A stretch of DNA of 64,000 nucleotides, from IMG/VR virus record IMGVR_UViG_3300021197_001602, positions 15,636 through 79,635 of that record; one strand, given 5' to 3'. The translations under genes were made by a program, and so were the position numbers. Below, one piece after another: positions 19,656 to 29,246 of this stretch. Each line of letters starts with the position of its first letter. Position 1 is the first letter of the stretch. This DNA comes from a virus. The notes beneath the pieces were generated by a model that saw only the letters and a program-made list of their open reading frames with translations, had not been told where the DNA came from and searched no databases.

Positions 19656-20520
19656 ATCAGGTATTCAAAAGACTCAGGCGTTTCATCTAGCGGGAGTGGT
19701 GCCAGTCGCCTCCCAGCCGCTGGACTTTAGCTTCCCTTGGCACGACAGTTTGATGCCAATTGGTAAGAACTATCTAGCGGTGGAAAGGGCAGTCCTAGAG
19801 TGTGCCTGGGCTGGCTGTGAGACCATTTGGGTCGTATGCCACAGGGAAATGCAGCCGATAATCAAAGAACGCCTTGGCGAATGGATTCAAGACCCGAACT
19901 GGTTATTGCAAAAAGAATTGTATCCAAGCAATGTTCAGCGCCGACTCCCAATTTATTATGTACCCATTCACCCGAAGGACAGGGACAGAAGAGACTGTCT
20001 AGGGTGGTCAGCATTGTATGGAGCACTGAGCGCTTATCATATATCTAGGAAGATTTCTAAGTGGGTCATTCCAGATAAATATTATTGTGCATTCCCCTAT
20101 GGAGTTTACGACCCATCTCAGATTCGAAAGCAAAGAAAAAATATTTCCAGCAGTAGAAGTTTCTTCTTGACAAGCGAGGGGAAATCTGTTAAAAATGGAG
20201 AGTATTTGGGATTTACTTTTGATGGAGAAGATTTTAAAACTTGCAGAAGGGAGTTGCGCAAAGAAGGGACTCCAGGCTCTGATGAGAAAACGGGCAGAAT
20301 GTTGCCACCAGAAAAAAGATGGTCAGCGAGGTTCTTTTCCCTTGACAAAGTTTTTAAACATGTTATAATGAATAAAGAAAGTGGTCACGAGATAGGTGGC
20401 TACCACAAGATTGACTCTTGGGCGAACTACACAAGATTCATATCTTCAGGAGAAACTTATGAAAAGCCAGAATTTTTTAAACCAAGGAAATGGAATAGAG
20501 TGGGAGACGCAAGTGAGTAA
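19636..20520 (+). CDS. Sugar-nucleotidyltransferase-fold protein (start may be TTG 19648)
   Basis: LAGVVPVA...SLMPIG...AVLECAWAGCETIWVV; lacks GxGTR. Confidence 0.6.
   Translation: MRLTLIESGIQKTQAFHLAGVVPVASQPLDFSFPWHDSLMPIGKNYLAVERAVLECAWAGCETIWVVCHREMQPIIKERLGEWIQDPNWLLQKELYPSNVQRRLPIYYVPIHPKDRDRRDCLGWSALYGALSAYHISRKISKWVIPDKYYCAFPYGVYDPSQIRKQRKNISSSRSFFLTSEGKSVKNGEYLGFTFDGEDFKTCRRELRKEGTPGSDEKTGRMLPPEKRWSARFFSLDKVFKHVIMNKESGHEIGGYHKIDSWANYTRFISSGETYEKPEFFKPRKWNRVGDASE
20342..20369 (+). promoter_or_regulatory. sigma70-type promoter within coding sequence
   Basis: TTGACA-16-TATAAT with TG extension. Confidence 0.5.
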
Positions 20521-20749
20521 TAGACGGAGAAGCAGGTCAGTTGAGCAGATTTATGATGATATTTGTTATATCAAAAAAGAACACGCTGGCTTACCAAATA
20601 GATATTATATGTTGACATCAGAGCAGGAACTTTTTTTAGAATTATTTGCAGAATCGCTTGACAAACCCCCCCGTGATGATGTATTATATGCTCGTGACGC
20701 TGTGGTTGAGGCATTAGAATCACTTGAAACTTTACTAAAAGAGGTATAA
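20513..20749 (+). CDS. Hypothetical protein
   Basis: GTG start after GGAG; fills gap before dnaE. Confidence 0.5.
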   Translation: MSNRRRSRSVEQIYDDICYIKKEHAGLPNRYYMLTSEQELFLELFAESLDKPPRDDVLYARDAVVEALESLETLLKEV

Positions 20750-20751
20750 GC

Positions 20752-23700
20752 TTGGAAAATAGAAACTCATCATCCATCCCCTTCGTTGGTCTTCACGCCC
20801 ATTCCGTTGCGGGCTCACCGTTCGATGCCCTCGGATATCCCCAAGAACATATGGAGTATGCTTATAACAACGGCATGAGCGCACTGGCACTGACTGACCA
20901 TGGGAACTGTAATGGTTTGGCTTATCAAGTGCTTCACGCAAAGAAGATGAAAGATGCGGGTCGAGACTTCAAGCCAATCTTTGGCGTCGAAGCTTACTTT
21001 CATCCTTCCATCGACGGCTGGAAAGAAGACTACGAAGAAGCCAAGAAGGTAAAGAAGAATCGCTCCGCCCTTAAAGACGGCGGAACAGGCGGTGCTGTAG
21101 TTGAAGACGAGCAGCGAAACTTCAAGGGGCTTGTGAATCGCCGCAACCACCTTATCCTTCTAGCTCAGAATCAAACGGGTCTGAACAATATCTTTAAGAT
21201 GGTCTCGGATTCATTCTCGGGCGACAACTACTATCGTTTCCCTCGTGTTGACTATGAGTTGCTTGCAAAGCATTCTGAAGGCGTTATAGCGGCTTCTGCC
21301 TGTCTCGGTGGAGTCTATGCTGGCTGTATGTGGCGAAACGCCGTCACAGACGAAGAAGGCAACCGCACAGGGTTTGACGAAGAGGCTGTGCTTGCTGACA
21401 TGCGAGAGACTACTCGGGAGATGCAAAAGATTTTCGGCAACCGCTGGTATGGTGAGCTTCAGTGGAACAACATTCCAGAACAACACATCTTAAATAATTA
21501 TATTATTCAGATGTCCAAAGAGTTTGACATGAAGTTAATCTCCACCGCTGACAGTCACTATCCAAACCCAGACGCATGGAAGGACCGCATTCTTTACAAG
21601 AAGCTGGGCTGGCTAGGTCGAAAGGATGAGGTACCATCCGAGCTTCCCGCTGGACTAGACGAGGTAGGCTATGAGCTTTACCCAAAGAATGGCGAGCAGA
21701 TGTGGGAAAGCTACAAGCAGTATTCTGAGGAAGCGGGAATCCAGTACGACGACGATATCGTCATGGACTCAATCACTCGCACCGCAACTATTGCATCGGA
21801 GTCCATTGAGGATTTCATGCCAGATACCAAGGTCCGCCTTCCAGACTTTGTGGTGCCAGAGGGTATGACAGCAACCCAAGCTCTGGTTGCATTGTCGATT
21901 GAGGGGTTGAAGGCTAAAGGCTTTGGTGACAATCAAGAATATATTGCTCGCCTCAAGACTGAGCTTGAAGTTATTGACTCTCGTGGCTTTTCAAAGTATT
22001 TCCTGACTATGCGAGCCGTCGCAGATAAGGCTGTGGAGAAGCAGCTTGTAGGACCAGGAAGAGGCTCTGCCGCTGGCTCACTGGTCTCTTATGTATTGGA
22101 CATTACTCAGGTCGACCCAATCAAATATGGTCTGCTGTTTAGCCGATTCATGCGCTCAGATGCTACGGACTATCCTGATATTGACTACGATGTAGCAGAG
22201 CCGATGGAACTTAAAGAGGAGTTGGCTAAGGAGTGGGGCGAGAACACTGTTGTTCCGATTTCAAACTGGAATACTCTTCAGCTTCGTTCCCTGATTAAGG
22301 ACATTTCAAAGTTCTATCAGATTCCGTTTGTCGAGGTAAACGCCGTTACTGGCAGGATGTTGCACGAGGCTACCCCGAAGGCAAAGCGTAAGCATGGTAT
22401 TACTGCTGGCGTATACGCTCCGACCTTCGAAGAAGTAATGGAGTTCTCAGAATCCCTTCAGTCTTTCTTGCGCAAGTATCCACATGTCAAGACGCATGTA
22501 GAGGCTCTCTATGGTCAGGTCCGCTCTTGTTCACGCCACGCTGGTGGTGTCGTCATCGCTGAAGACCTAGACAAGTATATGCCCCTCATCACCAGTGGTG
22601 GGGTCAAGCAAGCTCCGTGGTCAGAAGGGCAGAATGTTCGGCATCTTGAGCCAATGGGGTTCATCAAGTTTGATATTCTTGGTCTGGCATCACTACGGAT
22701 GATGGACAATTGTATTAGGAATGTTCTTCGCCGTCACTTCGACAATGCCAAGCCATCGTTCGACGATGTTAGAGACTTTTATAATAAAAACCTGCACCCT
22801 GATGTCGTGGACTTCGACAACCAAGATGTATACGAAAATGTTTTTCATAAGGGTCGCTGGGCTGGCATCTTTCAGTTTACTGAGGCGGGCGCTCAAAACT
22901 TCTGTGTGAACGCTAAGCCTAGAAGCATCATTGATATTTCAGCGATTACTTCTATCTTCCGCCCTGGTCCACTATCTGCCAAGGTCGACAGGAACTATGT
23001 TGAAGCCAAGGAGAACCCAGCCGCTGTTAAGTACCTGAACGATACTGCAAAGGAGTTGACAGAGGAGACTTACGGGTTCCTTATTTTCCAAGAGCAGATT
23101 GCGCTGCTTGCTCACAAGCTCGGTGACTTAACACTCGATGAGGGCAACCTCCTGAGAAAGGTCTTAACCAAGAAGGGCACAGGTAAAGGCGGCATCAAGG
23201 ACCAGCTAAGAGAAAAGTTTATCACAGGGTGCTCAGAGAAAAGCATTACAGTTCGAGATGCAGAAAAGCTCTGGGACAAGTTTGAGTTCTTCTCTGGTTA
23301 TGGCTTCAACAAGTCTCACGCCGTGTCCTATTCGATGCTGTCTTTTCAGTGTGCATGGTTGTTTCACTACTATCCAGTAGAGTGGATTGCTGCATTCTTG
23401 GACAAGGAGCCTGAATCACGCAAGGAACGAGCCATCAATGCTGCTAAGAAGCTTGGGTTTGAAATCGAAAAGATTGATATTAATCTATCGGACAGAGACT
23501 GGACTATCGATGGCAATAAGTTGATTCAGCCGTTCTCCTCAATCAAGGGTCTAGGAGATGCAGCTATCGACCAGATTTTGAATAACAGACCGTTCAATAC
23601 GATTGAGGACTTCTTATTCAACGAGAATGTTGTGTACTCAAAACTTAACAAGAAAGCTCTCGATGTCCTTGTTAGGTGTCAGGCACTGAATTGCTTGGTT

Positions 23701-24189
23701 GATGATAGGTTTGACGGTCTTAAGCACTTTTGGTCATCAACTGCTGTTGACCGACCTAAGACAAAGAAGAAGTTTCATGAGAACATTGAACTATATCGAC
23801 CTGAAGGCGACTTCACGGTTGAAGAGGTGATTCAATATCAGGTCGACTTGACTGGGACATTCCCATTCGACTTGGTTCTTGACGAGGCGGTCCTTGATAA
23901 GCTTGAGACGCATCAGATTCCACCGCTTGGTGACTTCGACCCTGACTTGGGCGTCGCTTGGTTCATTCCGAGAGAGATTATTGAGAAGAAGACCAAGAAC
24001 GGCAAGGACTATTGGATTGTAAAAGTAATTGATTCAACGAGTTCCGTTGCTTCTATCAAGTGCTGGGGAGTCAAGAAGGGTGTTGATAATCTTTTTATTA
24101 ACAGACCGTACATGGCTAAGTTAGAATATAGTGAACAGTGGGGGTTCAGCACAAGAAGCCTTCGCCGTAATTTTAGAGTTTTATCATAA
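20752..24189 (+). CDS. dnaE: DNA polymerase III alpha subunit (family C)
   Basis: PHP: LHAHS, ALTDHG, FGVEAY, HLILLAQN, ADSHY; GPGRGSAAGSL; PDIDYD; HAGGV; KFDILGL; YGFNKSHA. Confidence 0.96.
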   Translation: MENRNSSSIPFVGLHAHSVAGSPFDALGYPQEHMEYAYNNGMSALALTDHGNCNGLAYQVLHAKKMKDAGRDFKPIFGVEAYFHPSIDGWKEDYEEAKKVKKNRSALKDGGTGGAVVEDEQRNFKGLVNRRNHLILLAQNQTGLNNIFKMVSDSFSGDNYYRFPRVDYELLAKHSEGVIAASACLGGVYAGCMWRNAVTDEEGNRTGFDEEAVLADMRETTREMQKIFGNRWYGELQWNNIPEQHILNNYIIQMSKEFDMKLISTADSHYPNPDAWKDRILYKKLGWLGRKDEVPSELPAGLDEVGYELYPKNGEQMWESYKQYSEEAGIQYDDDIVMDSITRTATIASESIEDFMPDTKVRLPDFVVPEGMTATQALVALSIEGLKAKGFGDNQEYIARLKTELEVIDSRGFSKYFLTMRAVADKAVEKQLVGPGRGSAAGSLVSYVLDITQVDPIKYGLLFSRFMRSDATDYPDIDYDVAEPMELKEELAKEWGENTVVPISNWNTLQLRSLIKDISKFYQIPFVEVNAVTGRMLHEATPKAKRKHGITAGVYAPTFEEVMEFSESLQSFLRKYPHVKTHVEALYGQVRSCSRHAGGVVIAEDLDKYMPLITSGGVKQAPWSEGQNVRHLEPMGFIKFDILGLASLRMMDNCIRNVLRRHFDNAKPSFDDVRDFYNKNLHPDVVDFDNQDVYENVFHKGRWAGIFQFTEAGAQNFCVNAKPRSIIDISAITSIFRPGPLSAKVDRNYVEAKENPAAVKYLNDTAKELTEETYGFLIFQEQIALLAHKLGDLTLDEGNLLRKVLTKKGTGKGGIKDQLREKFITGCSEKSITVRDAEKLWDKFEFFSGYGFNKSHAVSYSMLSFQCAWLFHYYPVEWIAAFLDKEPESRKERAINAAKKLGFEIEKIDINLSDRDWTIDGNKLIQPFSSIKGLGDAAIDQILNNRPFNTIEDFLFNENVVYSKLNKKALDVLVRCQALNCLVDDRFDGLKHFWSSTAVDRPKTKKKFHENIELYRPEGDFTVEEVIQYQVDLTGTFPFDLVLDEAVLDKLETHQIPPLGDFDPDLGVAWFIPREIIEKKTKNGKDYWIVKVIDSTSSVASIKCWGVKKGVDNLFINRPYMAKLEYSEQWGFSTRSLRRNFRVLS

Positions 24190-24200
24190 AGGAGAGATAG

Positions 24201-24665
24201 ATGATTATTGAATTTTCAAGAGTTAGACCAGATGTGCGACCACCAGAGCGAGCAAACCCTTCGGACGCAGGCTTGGATGTGTTCTATAACCCATCGGACC
24301 CTACAGTGACAGCGATGCGTGTTGAGCCAGGACAGTCAGTTGTTTTGCAGACTGGTTTAAAGTTTGGTGTGCCTCATGGTTATATGTTGGAGGTGAAGAA
24401 CCGCTCCAGTATCGCAGCAAAGTACGGTCTTCTTGTCGGAGCATGTGTCATCGATTCGGGCTATGACGGGGAAGTATTTATTAATTTGCACAATGTTAGT
24501 TCGGAGGTCCGCCATCTCGCAGCAAAAGATAAAATTGCTCAAGTGGTTCTGACCCCTGTGGTCCACTTCCGACCACTTGAAACAAGCGGGGATTTATATA
24601 ATTGGTATCCGATTACAATCAGCAACCGTGGAGACGGCGCACTGGGTTCGACAGATGACAGTTAG
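24201..24665 (+). CDS. dut: Trimeric dUTPase
   Basis: AGLDV; NRSS; VIDSGYDGE; IAQ; RGDGALGST. Confidence 0.95.
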   Translation: MIIEFSRVRPDVRPPERANPSDAGLDVFYNPSDPTVTAMRVEPGQSVVLQTGLKFGVPHGYMLEVKNRSSIAAKYGLLVGACVIDSGYDGEVFINLHNVSSEVRHLAAKDKIAQVVLTPVVHFRPLETSGDLYNWYPITISNRGDGALGSTDDS

Positions 24666-24915
24666 TAAAAGGAGTGTCGCCCGACACAAAAAGAAGCAAG
24701 CGGAAAAAGAATTAAAAACAAAGATGGGTATGTTCTCTCGACTCCCAGACAACTGCGGTGCCTGCTTAAAAGATTTTGACAAGCAGGATAAAGAGATGGT
24801 TCAGTCATGGACCGTAGTGGTAAAAGAGAAAGAAAAGAAAGTTAATTTATATTGCCCCGAGTGTTGGGCTACAGCGCAATCAGCCGTTGAACAATTTTAT
24901 AAGGAAAAAGAATAA
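24655..24915 (+). CDS. Small Zn-finger protein
   Basis: CGAC...CPEC. Confidence 0.6.
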   Translation: MTVSKRSVARHKKKQAEKELKTKMGMFSRLPDNCGACLKDFDKQDKEMVQSWTVVVKEKEKKVNLYCPECWATAQSAVEQFYKEKE

Positions 24916-25970
24916 TGCGTGACAAGAGAATTTATGAGGCACTTGCATACGATGATGTGCTCTTGGTGCCTCAGTACAGCGAAGTGGAAAGCCGTAGTCA
25001 GGTGAGCTTGACCACCGACATGGGCAATGGGCTAGTCTTAAACTTGCCAGTGATTGCCAGCCCAATGGATACCATTTCTGGACCTGCAATGTGCAGTGTT
25101 CTAGATAGCGCTGGCGGCATCGGCATCCTTCACAGATATAATACTGTGGAAAAGCAGGTGGAGAATGTCAGAACAGCAATCGATGAAGGTGCAAGGAATG
25201 TTGGAGTTGCAGTTGGCGTCACGGGTGATTATCTTCTTCGAGCACTGAGCGCAATGGACGCTGGCGCAAATGTGGTATGCGTCGATGTGGCTCATGGTCA
25301 CCATGTGCTTGTCAAGGAAGCAATTAAAACTCTTCGTGAAGCCACGGGTCAAGACTTTCACATCATGGCTGGCAATGTGGCAACACTGGAGGGCTTCGAT
25401 GCCTTGTCTTCTTGGGGCGCAAACTCCGTCCGTTGTAATATAGGCGGCGGCTCAATCTGCACGACTCGCATTCAAACTGGTCACGGTGTCCCTGGGCTTC
25501 ATACTTTGTTCGAGTGCGCCTCAAGCGAGAACGCAGGTCGAGTAAAGATTATTGCTGACGGTGGGCTGCGCTCATCTGGGGATGTCGTCAAGGCGTATGC
25601 AGCAGGTGCAGATGTGGTCATGTTGGGCTCTATGCTTGCGGGCACCACAGAGTCTTGTGGAGAACTAATCCATGAGTATAACCCAGTTACTGGCAAGAGG
25701 GAAAGTAAAAAGGTATATCGAGGCATGGCAAGCCCAGAAGCACAAAACGACTGGCGTGGTCGAACCTCCAGTATCGAGGGCATCTCGGCTACTGTGCCAT
25801 TTAAGGGTGAAGCCGCTCCAATCCTCTCTAAGCTCGAAGGCGGCATCCGCTCTGGGTTGTCTTATAGCGGAGCAGTGAGCATTCCAGAGCTTCACTCAAA
25901 GGCACGGTTCATTCGTCAGACTCCCGCAGGAAGAGCAGAGTCTGGAGCCCATGTTTTAAAGGGGTATTGA
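24915..25970 (+). CDS. IMP dehydrogenase / GMP reductase family, no CBS subdomain
   Basis: YDDVLLVP; ASPMDT; DVAHGH; AGNVAT; GGGSICTTR; ADGG; YRGMAS. Confidence 0.92.
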   Translation: MRDKRIYEALAYDDVLLVPQYSEVESRSQVSLTTDMGNGLVLNLPVIASPMDTISGPAMCSVLDSAGGIGILHRYNTVEKQVENVRTAIDEGARNVGVAVGVTGDYLLRALSAMDAGANVVCVDVAHGHHVLVKEAIKTLREATGQDFHIMAGNVATLEGFDALSSWGANSVRCNIGGGSICTTRIQTGHGVPGLHTLFECASSENAGRVKIIADGGLRSSGDVVKAYAAGADVVMLGSMLAGTTESCGELIHEYNPVTGKRESKKVYRGMASPEAQNDWRGRTSSIEGISATVPFKGEAAPILSKLEGGIRSGLSYSGAVSIPELHSKARFIRQTPAGRAESGAHVLKGY

Positions 25971-26296
25971 CAGTGCCATATGGAGAGAACAAAAAGAAAA
26001 TAGTTTTCTATGATACAGACGCCCGTCATGCGGACCTGAAGATAAGACTTCAATATCATGGAATGACTCAATCATCTTTTTTCAGGGCAGTCATCACCGC
26101 TATGGTAGACGAGGATGAGTTGTTTAGGGACTTCTTGACAAGTTATAAAGAGAGCAAGAGTATACAAAAGAAGACCCACTTGAAGAAGATAAAAGAAGAG
26201 CAGCAATTAGCTGATGAAAATAAAAAGAACTTTCTCCAAAAAGACGAGATAAGTGATATTTTTGATTTAATAGAAATGGAGCACCCTGACTTATGA
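25967..26296 (+). CDS. Hypothetical protein, possible ribbon-helix-helix
   Basis: KKIVFY...HADLKIRL...MTQSSFFRAVI. Confidence 0.5.
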   Translation: MTVPYGENKKKIVFYDTDARHADLKIRLQYHGMTQSSFFRAVITAMVDEDELFRDFLTSYKESKSIQKKTHLKKIKEEQQLADENKKNFLQKDEISDIFDLIEMEHPDL

Positions 26297-26577
26297 GTGA
26301 TATGCAAAAACCAAATGTTGAAGATTTACGAGCCTGTAGCCAAATGTGCCTTAAGCTTAATGTTTCCTGTCCGAAAGAAAATTCAGACTGTCGATATTGG
26401 ATTGACCACGAGGGTGATTCAAATTGCACCTTTGTGGCAATCCACAACAACAACGGAAACCCGATGAGCTTGAGAGAGGTATCAGAAAGACTTGGGGTGA
26501 GCCATGTCTGGGTATCACAGATAGAAAAGAATATGGTCAACAAATTGAAGAAACAATTTAAGGACTATGCCCTGTAA
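26293..26577 (+). CDS. Stand-alone sigma70 region-4-like HTH with Cys-rich N-terminus
   Basis: MSLREVSERLGVSHVWVSQIEKNMVNKLK; five Cys upstream. Confidence 0.7.
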   Translation: MSDMQKPNVEDLRACSQMCLKLNVSCPKENSDCRYWIDHEGDSNCTFVAIHNNNGNPMSLREVSERLGVSHVWVSQIEKNMVNKLKKQFKDYAL

Positions 26578-26612
26578 TAACAATTTATAGAGGTGCCTTT
26601 TGCGTTCTACGC

Positions 26613-26620
26613 ACTATTTA
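26613..26620 (+). promoter_or_regulatory. Candidate late promoter ACTATTTA (also 27684, 33224, 37989, 46818, 57377)
   Basis: Exact octamer recurs about 4-95 nt upstream of starts lacking sigma70 promoters. Confidence 0.5.
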
Positions 26621-26700
26621 TAAAGTGTGACACAGCGCAGCCCTCTTCAATCGTTGGCTGACAGCGAAATAAAGAATTTTTTTAAGGAGAAATAAAAAAA

Positions 26701-27297
26701 ATGAGCAAGAAGAAAATGCTTGAAGAAGCGCAAGTTAGAAGAATGTTCGAATTGGCTGGTATGCCTGCCATTGGTGACGGGTTTATTGGTGGAAAGTACG
26801 CCAAGCTCGCAGAAGAGGAGACCGAAGAAGAGGAGAAAGACCTCGAAGAGAAGGTTCATTCCGAAGAGGAAGAAGAAATCGAAGAGGGTGGCATGAAGTA
26901 CTCTCGTGAAGAGGAGGGTGAAGAAGCCATGGCTGATGAAGCCCCTGCTGAAGCCCCTGCTGAAGAGCCTGAAATGGAAATGGGTGCGGAAGAAGCTCCT
27001 GCCATGGACGCTGCTCCATCGTCAGACATCCCACAAGAAAAAATCGAAGCTATCGTTGACGCAGTGCTTGCTGGTATTGAGCAAGAAACTGGCGTCCCAC
27101 TGGAGAGAGTCCCTGAAGAAGGCGCTGAAGCTCCTGCCGAAGAGATTCCCGCTGAGGAAGCTCCCGCCGAAGAAGGTCCAGAGATGGCAATGGGCGGCGA
27201 AGAAGAAGAGGAAGATATTTCTCTTGAGAATAGAATTGTACAAGAAGTCTCCCGTCGAGTTGCGAGAAGACTTATCCAAATCACAAAGAAAAAGTAA
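26701..27297 (+). CDS. Highly acidic protein, possible scaffold/internal head protein
   Basis: Glu/Ala/Pro-rich; terminal amphipathic helices VRRMFELAG and IVQEVSRRVARRL. Confidence 0.6.
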   Translation: MSKKKMLEEAQVRRMFELAGMPAIGDGFIGGKYAKLAEEETEEEEKDLEEKVHSEEEEEIEEGGMKYSREEEGEEAMADEAPAEAPAEEPEMEMGAEEAPAMDAAPSSDIPQEKIEAIVDAVLAGIEQETGVPLERVPEEGAEAPAEEIPAEEAPAEEGPEMAMGGEEEEEDISLENRIVQEVSRRVARRLIQITKKK

Positions 27298-27344
27298 GTC
27301 TAAACTACCTCCCAAGTAATGCAACTTAAAAACTTTTGTGGCTG

Positions 27345-27377
27345 AAGAAAGCAGGCTAACCCCCTGCTTTCTTTTTA
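27345..27377 (+). terminator. Rho-independent terminator
   Basis: AAGAAAGCAGG/CCTGCTTTCTT stem followed by T-run. Confidence 0.75.
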
Positions 27378-27389
27378 TCTAAAAGGAGA

Positions 27390-27785
27390 TTGATGGTGGA
27401 ATATGGATATGTTGTGGGTCTTTCCCTGCTTGTGGGCACACTTATAGGTTGGAACCTCCGAGGGTTCTGGAATAGGTTGATGCTCTCTGTCGCTTTAATT
27501 AATATGGCAAGGACAGCGGAGAGAAGTTGTTTGATTATGCTTTCTCGTGCGAGCGAACACTATCATCATTCGCTTACGATGTTAAAGATAGCGGGCGAAA
27601 AGACCGACAAGAAGAACGAAATCATCTCTACAATCAACAGTTTGGAATTTACGCATACCGAGTGGAAAAAGACAGCAGCCCAGACTATTTATAACATACA
27701 TCCGTTCAAGTCCACTGTGCAGTGGTATGATTGGCGAACTGCCATGCAGAGTGTCACGGAAGAAAATCTTTCTAGGAGAAAATAA
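27390..27785 (+). CDS. Hypothetical membrane-anchored protein
   Basis: RBS AAGGAG; N-terminal hydrophobic helix. Confidence 0.55.
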   Translation: MMVEYGYVVGLSLLVGTLIGWNLRGFWNRLMLSVALINMARTAERSCLIMLSRASEHYHHSLTMLKIAGEKTDKKNEIISTINSLEFTHTEWKKTAAQTIYNIHPFKSTVQWYDWRTAMQSVTEENLSRRK

Positions 27786-27786
27786 A

Positions 27787-28968
27787 ATGGAACTAAAGAT
27801 TGACCGCCTCAAGCAGCTTATTAAAGAAGAGCTTAATATTAATAACACGACTCTTATCGAGGAACCAGAGCCCTTGGAAGAGAAGAGTATTATGAAAAAT
27901 AAATATCCTTTCAAGGCTATTTTTATCTTCGGTCCCGCTGGTGCAGGTAAATCATTCCTCTCAAAGCAGATTGGGATTCCAAAAGACTTTGTTGTTTCAA
28001 ATCCTGATGAAAGAATCGAATCCGTATTCCCCGCATTTGGCTTGAGCATGGACTTTAGCCAGGGAACATTCGAAAAAGGTTCAGAAAAAGAATCTAGCCC
28101 AATTGCTAAGGCACAGCAGACCGCAAGAGAGGTACTTCAAAACGCAGAGCAGGGTCACACAGCAAACATGCTTGCGATTGCAAACCCTATTGTCTTTGAT
28201 ACAACGGGAGAGAATGTCAAGAAGATGACTCAAAGAATCCAGTCTTTAATGAAGGTTGGGTACGATGTGGCGGTCTTCATGGTTAATGTCCCAACTGATG
28301 TTTCTGTTGACAGAGACCAGAAGAGGAAGAGGACCGTCGGCGAGCCCACAAAATCCATCTCATCACAATACCAGCGAGAAGTCGTTAAGGAAAGAAAGTA
28401 TTTTGAATTACTTTCGGGACTTGAGTTCGCAGACATTCTAGGTGGGGATATTTATGCAAACCTCTTCGACCTGAGAACGGGAGAAAAGCTTAGTGGCATC
28501 ACTGATGAGCATGTGGCGGCAATGAAGACAAAAGATGGAAAGCCGTTTACCGCAGAATACGCACAATCTCTGCTCGACCAAGCCCGCTCAGATTTGAGCG
28601 CTTGGATGACTGCCGAGCCCAAGAACCCCACTGGCAAGACAATCTTGACGGGCATGAGGGCTTTAGTAAAGGATTCGGGCGGTAAGCTGGGGCAAAACAT
28701 GTTGCAGATTGGACCAGCAGTTCAAGCTGGCGTAACTACAAACTCGGCTGTCATCGCCGCCGCAAAGAAGCTTGCAGACCTTGGCGGTGCATCAGGCGCA
28801 CTTGCCTCAACACAGCGAGGCAAGAAAAACGCAGGCGAAAAGTTTGGCGTAAAAGACCCGAGCATTCGAAACATGTCATCTAAGTTGGGCACATCTGACG
28901 AGAAAAATCTTGAAGAGGTTATCGCAAAGAAGATTGAAGCCCTTCTCAGAAATAAAATGAAAAAATGA
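27787..28968 (+). CDS. P-loop kinase (zeta-toxin/AAA_33-like fold)
   Basis: KAIFIFGPAGAGKS; NPDE; IVFDTTG; start after AGGAG. Confidence 0.7.
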   Translation: MELKIDRLKQLIKEELNINNTTLIEEPEPLEEKSIMKNKYPFKAIFIFGPAGAGKSFLSKQIGIPKDFVVSNPDERIESVFPAFGLSMDFSQGTFEKGSEKESSPIAKAQQTAREVLQNAEQGHTANMLAIANPIVFDTTGENVKKMTQRIQSLMKVGYDVAVFMVNVPTDVSVDRDQKRKRTVGEPTKSISSQYQREVVKERKYFELLSGLEFADILGGDIYANLFDLRTGEKLSGITDEHVAAMKTKDGKPFTAEYAQSLLDQARSDLSAWMTAEPKNPTGKTILTGMRALVKDSGGKLGQNMLQIGPAVQAGVTTNSAVIAAAKKLADLGGASGALASTQRGKKNAGEKFGVKDPSIRNMSSKLGTSDEKNLEEVIAKKIEALLRNKMKK

Positions 28969-28969
28969 G

Positions 28970-29245
28970 ATGTCGGATTATCGGTTAACAGCCATAACGG
29001 AGTTTCTTAAGACGCTTTTGGGCGACCCACGCTGCATTAATATTGCAGATAATGTCGTCCATTGTGATAAGCTGTTTATGGTTAACGGAATAATGAAGTG
29101 GTTATACAATAAATTATCATCAGAAGAGATTGATATTGACTCAATGAGGGAATACCTTCTACTTATTAATGAGTACCTGGACGACAATGTAGAGTTGTCT
29201 TGGGAACATGGCGAATTATCTTATACTAAAAAGGAGACTTACTAA
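28970..29245 (+). CDS. Hypothetical protein
   Basis: Tightly packed ORF. Confidence 0.5.
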   Translation: MSDYRLTAITEFLKTLLGDPRCINIADNVVHCDKLFMVNGIMKWLYNKLSSEEIDIDSMREYLLLINEYLDDNVELSWEHGELSYTKKETY

Positions 29246-29246
29246 A

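Noticed and set aside
27787-28968. Zeta toxin-antitoxin system
   Set aside because: Only the P-loop fold is supported; no identifiable antitoxin, and the context suggests a late or virion protein
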